A stretch of DNA of 64,000 bases from an uncultured Eggerthellaceae bacterium (GTDB lineage Bacteria; Actinomycetota; Coriobacteriia; Coriobacteriales; Eggerthellaceae). Under the pieces are notes generated by a model. The model made no database searches and was not told the DNA's origin. It was given only the letters and a program-made list of their open reading frames with translations. Shown in pieces: positions 48,289 through 56,279 of the stretch. The position numbers and the translations under genes were made by a program. The DNA is taken from contig CAJUPL010000001.1 of assembly GCA_910588435.1 (NCBI GenBank), forward strand, positions 45,309-109,308, given 5' to 3'. Position 1 is the first letter of the stretch. Every line of letters begins with the position of its first letter.

Positions 48289-49080
48289 ATGCCACAGAGC
48301 TTGAGCGCCATTCGCGAAACCATCAAGGATGCCAGCATAGAAGAGCTTGAAGAGGCTCTATATCTCCTCAAGGGAGATGAGCGAAAGGGCGCCTTGAGCT
48401 TGGCTCAGACGATCGAGCGCCGCATTCGTGCGGAGAAGGATGAGGCTGACAGGCTTGCGGGGCTCTATTCATTTGAGGAGGGCCTCATAGATGAGCGTGA
48501 TGCGCGCATCGCTGTGGGGCTTGATGAGGTGGGGAGGGGAGCTGTTGCTGGACCTTTAGCCGTTGGGGCCGTTGTGCTTGACAGGGAGATGCCGCCCATC
48601 AAGTGCTTGGATGATTCCAAGAAGCTGAAGTCAGAGGTGAGAGAGCGCGTCTCTCGTGACGTCAAAGCTTCCTGCCTGGCGTCATGCGTCGTCTATGTAG
48701 AGCCTGAAGCGATAGATGAGATGGGCATATCGAATGCGCTCAGACAAGCCTTCAAGGAGGCTGTGTCCAAGATAGAGCAGGCCGGTATCACGCCTGACGT
48801 CATCCTCCTAGATGGGAACCCGATGCATCTGGACAGCAGGGAAGTGAACGTTGTCAAAGGCGATTCACGCTGTGCCTCGATAGCTGCTGCCTCGGTCATA
48901 GCCAAGGTTGAGAGAGATGCTCTCATGACGTCTTTGGATGAGAGCTTTCCTGGATATCAGTTCGCTCAGAACAAGGGATATGGCACGTCTGACCACATGT
49001 GTGCCATAGAGCAAAAAGGTTTATCCACGATCCATAGGAGATCTTTCCTCACAAAGATGGAGCAAGAGACCCTGTTCTGA
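48289..49080 (+). CDS. rnhB: Ribonuclease HII
   Basis: Motifs VGLDEVGRGAVAGPLAV, DDSKKL and KGDSRCASIAAASVIAKV. The ATG at 48289 lies downstream of the rplS terminator, and the ORF-track start at 48226 would include it. Confidence 0.9.
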   Translation: MPQSLSAIRETIKDASIEELEEALYLLKGDERKGALSLAQTIERRIRAEKDEADRLAGLYSFEEGLIDERDARIAVGLDEVGRGAVAGPLAVGAVVLDREMPPIKCLDDSKKLKSEVRERVSRDVKASCLASCVVYVEPEAIDEMGISNALRQAFKEAVSKIEQAGITPDVILLDGNPMHLDSREVNVVKGDSRCASIAAASVIAKVERDALMTSLDESFPGYQFAQNKGYGTSDHMCAIEQKGLSTIHRRSFLTKMEQETLF

Positions 49081-49334
49081 TGTCAGTCCGCTTCGCGATG
49101 CTGATCAAGCTCCTGATGTGCGAGAACTCCTTCTAGTCATGATCTGTGCGTGAAGGCTGGTTCATTCGGTTATGGATGCATGCCATCTTCTTGATCCTTT
49201 ATGGTCTGATAACTGAACGTTCTCTGATGATCTTTCGAAGGTCGCTGATGATCTGATGAAGGGAGTCCGCAGATCCGTGACGCGTTCGCGTCAGACGAAG
49301 CATCTATCTTCTTCTCAACGTCAAAGGAGGATAG

Positions 49335-49802
49335 ATGAGTGCAACGGCAGTGTTGGAGAGGACGGATGCGCGTCAGGCGATAGGGGCTCGTGCTGATACG
49401 TGCATGACGCGTGAAGCTGAGAAGCGCACCCCGCAAGGAAAGAAGAACAAGGCGCTTGGTAAGAAGGGCGAAGACGCGGCGGCAAGCTTCCTCTATAGGA
49501 GAGGCTATGAGATCTTGGAGCGCAACTGGTGCTGCTTCGCAGGCGAAGCTGACATCATCGCCAAGGATGGGAGCACTGTGGTCTTCGTTGAGGTGAAGAC
49601 CAGGAGGAATTGCGATCACGGATTCCCGTCAGAGGCTGTGACTGCTGACAAGCGCGAGAGATACGAGAAGATAGCCCTAGCTTACCTCAAGGATTACGAG
49701 GGCATTGATTTTCCGGTGAGATTCGATGTCGTGTCCATCGTGGTGATAGAGCCAGGCAAGGCCATGGTTCGCCATCAGATCAACGCATTCGCGGCGGCGT
49801 AG
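49335..49802 (+). CDS. yraN: YraN-family (UPF0102) endonuclease-like protein
   Basis: Motifs GKKGEDAAASFLYRRGYEILERNW, GEADIIA and VVFVEVKTR. Strong SD AAGGAGG. The N-terminal extension is about 40 aa. Confidence 0.85.
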   Translation: MSATAVLERTDARQAIGARADTCMTREAEKRTPQGKKNKALGKKGEDAAASFLYRRGYEILERNWCCFAGEADIIAKDGSTVVFVEVKTRRNCDHGFPSEAVTADKRERYEKIALAYLKDYEGIDFPVRFDVVSIVVIEPGKAMVRHQINAFAAA

Positions 49803-49805
49803 GAG

Positions 49806-51308
49806 ATGGGGATATGCGCAGTCCAAAGCGCTGGGCTATACGGAGTAGAGGCTCAGCCAGTCACAGTAGAGGTCTCGCTTGGGAGTGGGCTTCCGGGCAT
49901 TGCCATAGTGGGAATGGCGGATACGGCAGTCCAAGAGGCAAAGGAGCGCGTCCGCTCCGCCATACGAGAAGCCGGATTCGCGATGCCCTCTTACAAGGTT
50001 GTAGTGAATCTGGCCCCAAGCAATGTGAAGAAATCAGGATCTGGCTTCGACCTTCCCATTGCCCTTGGGATCCTCATAGCCTCTGGCCAGCTATCGGCAA
50101 AGGTCATAGAGGGCAAGCTGATAGCGGGAGAGCTGTCGCTGCAAGGGAATGTGCGGCCGGTAAGGGGTTCCCTCGCGTTAGCGATATGCGCGAAGAAGAT
50201 GGGCTTCGATTATCTGACCGCTATGCAGCAACCCGCACCGATAGAGGGTCTTGTGCAATTAGGGCTTCCGGGACTCGGGACGATGCATCTCTCAGATCCA
50301 TTCGAAGAGCTTCGCAGCTTGAGCGTAGAAGGCGAGCCAATAGGAGAAGATGCGCTGGATTACAAGGACATCTATGGGCATGATGTAGCCAAGCGCGCGT
50401 TGCAGGTGGCTGCCGCTGGGAATCACGGCGTGCTGATGATGGGGCCGCCAGGTTCCGGGAAGACGATGCTGGCATCCAGGATGGTGTCCATATTGCCGCC
50501 ACTCACAGAGGATGAGAAGCTTGAGGCGGCTGTTGTCCACTCGGTTGCCGGTGAGGACATATCTCCCATCTTGAGGGGGCTGAGGCCGTTTCGAAGCCCG
50601 CATCATTCGGCAACGTCAGCCGGGCTCCTTGGAGGTGGAACTCCCATAAAGCCCGGAGAGGTCTCCCTTGCGCACTGTGGTGTCCTCTTCCTGGATGAGC
50701 TGAGCGAATTCAACGCATCAACCCTTCAGGGGCTTAGGCAGCCCATGGAGAATGGGAAGGTCTTCTTGACGCGAGCGGAAGCAAGCATATGCCTTCCAGC
50801 TAGGTTCATGCTAGTGGGTGCATCCAATCCATGTCCTTGTGGCTACCTGGGAGATGAGATGCACAAGTGCAATTGCACGGCTGCTCAGGTGCAGAAGTAC
50901 AGCTCACGGATAGGTGGTCCGTTGATGGACAGGATCAGCATCCGATTGGATGTTGAGCGCCTGCCAACCTCAAGCGTGCTCTCTTCTGGTGGCGGGACGG
51001 ATTCAGCAACGCTCAAGGTTGGAGTGTTGAAGGCAAGAGAATACGAAGCGTGGCGCATCAGCAGGTCTGGTGATGCTCCTGCCAATAAGCTCAATGGATC
51101 TCCAAGCGCTGTGATCGCCTCATGCAAGCTGGATGATGGGGCAAATGAGTATGTGTCCCAGATGGCTGAGAGCGGTGCTCTCTCAGGGAGGGGATTGCTG
51201 AATACCTTGAAGGTCTCGCGGACCATCGCTGATATGGAAGAGTCTGCAAGGGTCACAGAGGATCACCTGGCTGAGGCCTTCTCCATGAGGATAGACCTAG
51301 GGAGGTAA
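49806..51308 (+). CDS. comM: YifB/ComM family Mg-chelatase-like AAA+ ATPase
   Basis: Lon-like N-domain plus AAA with GPPGSGKTMLA and VLFLDELSEF. A Cys cluster NPCPCGY..CNC is present. Confidence 0.9.
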   Translation: MGICAVQSAGLYGVEAQPVTVEVSLGSGLPGIAIVGMADTAVQEAKERVRSAIREAGFAMPSYKVVVNLAPSNVKKSGSGFDLPIALGILIASGQLSAKVIEGKLIAGELSLQGNVRPVRGSLALAICAKKMGFDYLTAMQQPAPIEGLVQLGLPGLGTMHLSDPFEELRSLSVEGEPIGEDALDYKDIYGHDVAKRALQVAAAGNHGVLMMGPPGSGKTMLASRMVSILPPLTEDEKLEAAVVHSVAGEDISPILRGLRPFRSPHHSATSAGLLGGGTPIKPGEVSLAHCGVLFLDELSEFNASTLQGLRQPMENGKVFLTRAEASICLPARFMLVGASNPCPCGYLGDEMHKCNCTAAQVQKYSSRIGGPLMDRISIRLDVERLPTSSVLSSGGGTDSATLKVGVLKAREYEAWRISRSGDAPANKLNGSPSAVIASCKLDDGANEYVSQMAESGALSGRGLLNTLKVSRTIADMEESARVTEDHLAEAFSMRIDLGR

Positions 51309-51314
51309 GACGTC

Positions 51315-52229
51315 ATGGGTGAGATCAAAGGCGAGAGGCATGAACTGATGAAAGGCGGAAGGGGCTATCCTGAAGCGTTCATGCACATCCCTGATCCTCC
51401 TTCAAAGCTATACGTGATCGGGAACGTCAAAGCGCTCCGTGAAGGCCTTGCCATAGTCGGTTCCAGGAAGGCCACTCCCTATGGAAGGGGCTGTGCAAGG
51501 AGATTCGCAAGGCGTGCGGCCAAGAGGGGCATCGTCATCGTATCGGGTGGAGCCAGGGGTTGTGATGCTGAGGCGCATAAGGGCGCTCTTGCCGAGGGAG
51601 GGGAGACCGTCGTATTCATGGGCGGCGGCTGTGACAAGGTCTACCCTGCTGAGAATTGGCGGCTCTTCCAGGATGTGGTGGATGCAGGAGGCGCGCTTGC
51701 GTCCGAGCATCCCTGGGATGCAGCCCCTTTGCCATTCATGTTCCGCTTGCGTAACAGGCTGATAGCTGGCCTTGCGAAGGCAACGCTGATAGTGGAGGCT
51801 GGCATGCCTTCTGGTACATTCAGCACGGCTGATGAGGCTCTGTCTGCCAATAAGGAAGTCCTTGCGGTGCCGGGTTCCATCGAATGCTCTCAGTCAAAAG
51901 GCGCGAACAGGCTCATCTATCAAGGAGCTGTTCCTATAGTTGATGATGATACGTTCGATGATCAGCTCTTCTCCATATTCGGGCAACTCAAGCAGGAAGG
52001 GTCTTCTGAGGATTCAGATGCTGGCATCAGCCTGTTCGATAGGCGTCTCCTTGATGCGATAGCTGCACAGACCATGGGGATAGAGGAGATCAACTCCCTT
52101 GCCAAGAGATTCAGGTATGGCAATTGGAGTCCAGCGAAGACAAATCTCTGGATAGCTAGGATGGAATCAGCCGGAAGGATAGCCAAATACCCTGGCGGCC
52201 GCTACGGCGCCAACGTCCGAGATGTGTGA
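51315..52229 (+). CDS. dprA: DNA-processing protein DprA
   Basis: Rossmann-like DprA core with IVGSRKATPYG, VSGGARGCD and LVVEAGMPSGTFSTA. Confidence 0.9.
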   Translation: MGEIKGERHELMKGGRGYPEAFMHIPDPPSKLYVIGNVKALREGLAIVGSRKATPYGRGCARRFARRAAKRGIVIVSGGARGCDAEAHKGALAEGGETVVFMGGGCDKVYPAENWRLFQDVVDAGGALASEHPWDAAPLPFMFRLRNRLIAGLAKATLIVEAGMPSGTFSTADEALSANKEVLAVPGSIECSQSKGANRLIYQGAVPIVDDDTFDDQLFSIFGQLKQEGSSEDSDAGISLFDRRLLDAIAAQTMGIEEINSLAKRFRYGNWSPAKTNLWIARMESAGRIAKYPGGRYGANVRDV

Positions 52230-52261
52230 CCTAGCGCTGGATGTTCGTGGGGGATCGGCAT

Positions 52262-52603
52262 CACAAGCGTAGCATTGCCCCTCCCCAATAGTGGGCGCTT
52301 GCAATGCAAGCGCAGCATTGCGATGAGCAATGCGTAACTTGCCCGACAGGGCAAGAGCACCCGGCACCCAGCAACTGGTCAGGCAACCTAGCCTGGCGCA
52401 GACCATCTATCCGGGCATTTCGGGTTGTCACCCTCATTTCGCTACCTTCCCGCCCTTCGAGCTTGCAGGTAGCTGCGTTCGCAATGCGAACGCCCACACT
52501 TGGGGGGGGCACAGCTGCGGCTGCAATGCAGCCGCCCACTCTTAAAGGGTGAGGACATTTCGGGTTTGCAGGTAGCTGCAGCAAGCAATGCAAGCGCCCA
52601 CAG
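52262..52603 (+). repeat. Structured intergenic repeat, copy C (core 52291-52497) followed by two extra right-end modules (52511-52541 and 52569-52603)
   Basis: This is the best-preserved copy. All hairpins and linker blocks are readable, and the right-end unit AGCTGC..CGCCCAC occurs three times. Confidence 0.8.
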
Positions 52604-52625
52604 GAAAGGGTGTCCGCTCCTAATG

Positions 52626-52670
52626 ATGACCCCTCAGGTAAATGACATTTCCCCATGCTTAATGTCATTG
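52626..52670. repeat. Nested palindrome element, copy 2 (partial)
   Basis: atgacccctcaggtaaatgacatttccccatgcttaatgtcattg matches 18138-18182 at about 40 of 45 positions. The outer right arm is missing. Confidence 0.5.
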
Positions 52671-52703
52671 GACGCCCCCGTGTGGCCGCTGTCCATCCAG
52701 TAG

Positions 52704-52865
52704 TATGATGGCAAGACCTATGCCATCGACGACGTGAGGCGCCGCTACGCATTGGAGCCCTCACGCACGTACCTCCTCACGCTCTGCTTCGCGGAGGGCT
52801 GGGAGCTCAAGGACGGATACAGCTTCGACGTCGAGGCGACAGTCAGCTACCGCTGCGCCGAGTAG
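52704..52865 (+). pseudogene. 3' fragment of an unidentified gene (no start, truncated at the repeat boundary)
   Basis: The open frame YDGKTYAIDDVRRRYALEPSRTYLLTLCFAEGWELKDGYSFDVEATVSYRCAE ends at TAG 52863-52865. A stop lies immediately upstream and there is no start codon or SD. Confidence 0.35.
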
Positions 52866-52897
52866 TTACATTGGCAGGTTCACAATCGAGGTGAGAA

Positions 52898-53193
52898 GTG
52901 GTTGACGAAGATGATGTGGCGAGGTTGTTCGAGCTGCTCTTTGTGAAGGATAACAAGGTCGCATACGGGGCGTCGCAGGATCTTCAGAACTGAAGCAAGT
53001 AGAGGACGAGAAGCCCATTACGGCAAGACAGTGCATAAAGTTGCTTCCTGTTATTGCGGAGGCTAAGCCTGAATTGCGGGAAGACATTACCGGGGCGCTT
53101 TGAAACGCCAATGTCTGCATCTATGGCGAGAGCATGCGCCCGCTGATCTACAAGGACATCAAGGAAGCGCTGATCGAGATAGAGGAGCTTTAG
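52898..53193 (+). pseudogene. Disrupted small ORF (one frameshift and one in-frame TGA)
   Basis: A GTG with an SD gives MVDEDDVARLFELLFVKDNKVAYGASQDLQN then a stop. Coding-like sequence continues in the +1 frame (LKQVEDEKPITARQCIKLLPVIAEAKPELREDITGAL). After a TGA the same frame reads NANVCIYGESMRPLIYKDIKEALIEIEEL. Confidence 0.4.
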
Positions 53194-53286
53194 CAGCCTG
53201 CAGAAGGCAGCGCATCGCCGCAAGTGAGGCTTTCGTCGGCGACTACCTTAGCGCATCGCACATTGGTCATTTAGTCAGGAAAGAAG

Positions 53287-53766
53287 GTGAAGATGCAGTT
53301 CGGTTTCTCGGCAGTCGGATTGGTCATGCTCGCCATGCTGTTCGTGCCTAACATGATCTGGGGGAGAAGGCAGCCCCTCGGGTACAGCGAAATCGCAGAG
53401 CGCGAAAGCCCTGCACTCTGCATTTTCGAGCGTGTCGGCCAGGTCGCCGTCACGGCTTCAGCCCTAGCTTTCGTCTGCCCGGAGGGCTACGCCATGCCTT
53501 GGCTCTTGTGGCTCGCGCTGGCGTTCGTCCTGATGCTGCTCTACGAGGCTGCCTGGGTGCGCTACTTTAGAAGCGATGGGGGAGTACGGGACATGTATCG
53601 GCCTTTGGGCTTCATCCCTGTGCCCTTGGCGATGCTCCCGGTGGCGGCGTTCGTACTTCTGGGCATCTGGCAGCAGTCGCCGTTCACAGTTGCTGCCGCC
53701 ATAGTCCTTGGAGTCGGCCACATCGGCATACATCTCGGCCATCTCAAGGATTGCCGGAAAGCGTGA
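53287..53766 (+). CDS. Hypothetical membrane protein (four or five TM helices)
   Basis: 159-aa hydrophobic ORF with AAGGTGAAG upstream. I recognise no family. Confidence 0.5.
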   Translation: MKMQFGFSAVGLVMLAMLFVPNMIWGRRQPLGYSEIAERESPALCIFERVGQVAVTASALAFVCPEGYAMPWLLWLALAFVLMLLYEAAWVRYFRSDGGVRDMYRPLGFIPVPLAMLPVAAFVLLGIWQQSPFTVAAAIVLGVGHIGIHLGHLKDCRKA

Positions 53767-54271
53767 CGCCTTCGACGACCAGACACGGAATCTGCTCGTT
53801 GACGGGGGAGCCGTACTGCGCTCGGGGGATTTTATTCATCAGATAATTGACAAGGCGCTCCCCATCACGCGCGACGACGTTCTCGCTTGCGACCACATAG
53901 CCCATCGCTTCGAAGAACGGTTTCGCCGTAATCGACGCATGGGTCGAGACGCCGTCGGGCGCAAGCGCTTCAAGGGATCGGCACAGCGCGGTGCCGATAC
54001 CTTCCCCTTGGTGGTCCTTGTGCACGAAGAGCCTGTCGAGGTACCCGGTCGCGTCTATGTCACCGAACCCGATGATCCTGCCATCTTCCTCGGCGACCAG
54101 AGCGCCGTTGGCAAGCAACGAAGCGCTCCAAGCGTCAAGGTCGTCGCAGCCGGACACCCACGCGCACAGCTGGCCGGGCGTGTAGTCGTCCTTGCAAACC
54201 TCGCGGATGGTCTCGCGAAAGAGCTGCGCGGTTGCTTCGGCGTCATCGGGACTGTATGCGCGTATCAGCAT
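53744..54271 (-). CDS. GNAT-family N-acetyltransferase
   Basis: Motif A LDRLFVHKDHQGEGIGTALC. The likely start is MLIRAYSPDD at 54271, which overlaps the upstream gene end by 29 nt. Confidence 0.8.
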   Translation of the reverse strand: MLIRAYSPDDAEATAQLFRETIREVCKDDYTPGQLCAWVSGCDDLDAWSASLLANGALVAEEDGRIIGFGDIDATGYLDRLFVHKDHQGEGIGTALCRSLEALAPDGVSTHASITAKPFFEAMGYVVASENVVARDGERLVNYLMNKIPRAQYGSPVNEQIPCLVVEGVTLSGNP

Positions 54272-55133
54272 CGATGGTTCCCTTTGTCTCAAAGGGCGAT
54301 TGCAAGCTGTGGTCGAGGGTACTGCTGGGAGGAAGAGCAGGGATGAAAGCCTCGATGAGCTCGTTCACGTCATTGGGCTTGTCGGTGTTGGAGCTGTGAC
54401 CGGCTCCCTCGATCCAGTGGACCTTGATTCCCGTGCGCTTCTCCCATTCGCGGTTGTATTGTTTGGCGGTGCCGGCGGCATCATTCGTGCCGCAGATGAG
54501 AAGTGCGGGGCGGTCGATTCTATAAGGCCGGTCTGCCTCGACGGCTTGTGCGAGCGCACGGTATCCGTGGGCAGCAAGCTCGCAGTATTCGCGCTTGTCG
54601 TATCCCGCCATCATCTCACGCATGAGCTGCCGCCCGTACTCGCTGGTAGCGCAGCCTTCGGAACCCATTTTCACAAGAAGGCTCCACGGAATGGAGAGAT
54701 ACATCAGCTTGGTGTGCTTGAGCGCAGCCAGCTCCCATCCTGAGTAGTAGGCGCGCTGAAGGGGGCATGAGTCGATCGAGACGAACCCAGAGACGACGCC
54801 GGGGAAGAGATACATGAACGCCTGGGCGACGTACCCTCCCATCGACTGCCCGATGAGCACGGGCGAGTCTATGCCTTCGGTGTCGAGAATCTCCTTGAGC
54901 CAGCGAGCCTTGTCGTCCAGCTTCCAAGCAAGGGGGAAGGGGCGCGACTCGCCGTGCGAGGGGGCATCCCACGAAAGGATGTTCGCCCTGCCTTCGAAAT
55001 GCTCGACCTGCTTGGCGAAGAGCCGGTGGTCGGCGGTCAGTCCCGGTAGGAAGACGAGCCATGGCGCGCCGTCGCCCGCCTCGCGAGACGTCCAGTAGGC
55101 GATTCCTTTGTAGTTGTTTGGTCGGAGCATCAT
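54243..55133 (-). CDS. Alpha/beta-fold hydrolase
   Basis: HG oxyanion region LVFLPGLTADHRLF, nucleophile elbow LIGQSMGGYVAQ and C-terminal GAGHSSN. Confidence 0.8.
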   Translation of the reverse strand: MMLRPNNYKGIAYWTSREAGDGAPWLVFLPGLTADHRLFAKQVEHFEGRANILSWDAPSHGESRPFPLAWKLDDKARWLKEILDTEGIDSPVLIGQSMGGYVAQAFMYLFPGVVSGFVSIDSCPLQRAYYSGWELAALKHTKLMYLSIPWSLLVKMGSEGCATSEYGRQLMREMMAGYDKREYCELAAHGYRALAQAVEADRPYRIDRPALLICGTNDAAGTAKQYNREWEKRTGIKVHWIEGAGHSSNTDKPNDVNELIEAFIPALPPSSTLDHSLQSPFETKGTIDADTRIQSR

Positions 55134-55298
55134 GTCCTCCCTGCAGCATTACCTTTGAATCCATTATCTCACGCTATGCAAGGCGGCAGTAGTGATGATG
55201 TATTGCATGAACCGACACCCCACCCTCGAAAACGACACCCCAAGCCAAAAAGGGGTGTCGTTTTGTATCGTCAGCGTCGATTGGTGGAGAAAGGCTTA

Positions 55299-55328
55299 CG
55301 GCCCGCAATTCTGCGGGCCGCTTCTTTT
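55299..55328 (+). terminator. Orphan terminator-like hairpin
   Basis: cggcccgca-attc-tgcgggccg followed by cttctttt. No convincing plus-strand gene lies upstream. Confidence 0.35.
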
Positions 55329-55331
55329 ATA

Positions 55332-55379
55332 AAGGCCGCTACTCATGAGCATGCAAGCATGCTCATGAGTAGCGGCCTT
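55332..55379. repeat. Perfect 48-nt palindrome (23-bp arms, 2-nt centre)
   Basis: aaggccgctactcatgagcatgc-aa-gcatgctcatgagtagcggcctt, verified base by base. Confidence 0.75.
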
Positions 55380-55630
55380 GGCGCACTCACGTGCGCCTGA
55401 TCCGGGTGGTCACGCAGGCCTGCTCATGCGCGCTCCCGCTTGCCAATGGGCGGCAAGGCACGAATACGGTGCCTTGCCCTACGTCCACCAGAAACATCCT
55501 CATGTCCAATAACGCCACCAACAAGAGAGGTCTATCAGGTTGACGTAGGGCACGCCACCGATCTTGTGGCGTGCCGCAACGCAGCAACACGGACTGCTGG
55601 CGTGCGCAACTCAGCCCCAATCCCTAACCT

Positions 55631-55838
55631 GTGGGCGGCTGCATTGCAGCCGCAGCATTGCGCCAGCAATGCGTAACGCAGGCGATGAGCCTGCGAACAC
55701 CCGGATGCTAGCAACTGGTCAGGTAACCTAGCCTGGCGCAGACCACCTATCCGGGCATTTCGGATTATCACCCTCATTTCGCTACCTTCTCGCCCTTCGG
55801 GCTTGCAGATAGCTGCCACAAGCAATGCGAACGCCCAC
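55631..55838 (+). repeat. Structured intergenic repeat, copy D
   Basis: Full-length alignment to the other copies. It combines the hairpin-2 variant of B/C with the hairpin-3 variant of A1/E, and its right-end module is degenerate. Confidence 0.8.
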
Positions 55839-55864
55839 AATAAGAGCCGAATCCAAGCAGCTGG

Positions 55865-56083
55865 TCAGTAGGAGATGGTGATCAGCTGGCATTCGCGGCA
55901 GATATCAGCTGCGAATGCCGTGCGGCCACCTATCTTTGGAGAGGTCAGCTCAACGAAGCCTGGAGCGTGTCGGGCATTCTCAAAGGAGCTTGGCACTTCG
56001 TCCGCAAAGCTTAATGCCCCATCTTTCGTGCTGAAGATGTACCCCGGTTCAAGCTCTTGCCCGCATTTGTGGCACTTTGTCAT
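55865..56083 (-). CDS. Small zinc-ribbon protein
   Basis: 72 aa with CxxC at both ends (CHKCG and CRECQ). It is the last gene of a three-gene minus-strand module. Confidence 0.55.
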   Translation of the reverse strand: MTKCHKCGQELEPGYIFSTKDGALSFADEVPSSFENARHAPGFVELTSPKIGGRTAFAADICRECQLITISY

Positions 56084-56092
56084 GATTGGCGC

Positions 56093-56278
56093 CTAGCCTT
56101 TCTGAAACACAAGGGTGATGATGAGGGTCTTGCCTGTGGGCCCGAACTTTGTTGGTACGAAGCCGCTGTAGGTGAAGCCCTTCTCGGCGTACTTGGTTAT
56201 GACCGGCTTGAAACCGTTCAACTCGGCGTTCCAGGCTGGGTTGTTCTCGAGATCCATGGTGACGAACTCGGTTTGCAT
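56093..56278 (-). CDS. Small protein, DUF4177-like
   Basis: The 61-aa protein MQTEFVTMDL..ITKYAEKGFTYSGFVPTKFGPTGKTLIITLVFQK resembles the DUF4177 pattern. Its start lies 1 nt after the upstream stop. The ORF track extends to 56317. Confidence 0.45.
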   Translation of the reverse strand: MQTEFVTMDLENNPAWNAELNGFKPVITKYAEKGFTYSGFVPTKFGPTGKTLIITLVFQKG

Positions 56279-56279
56279 G

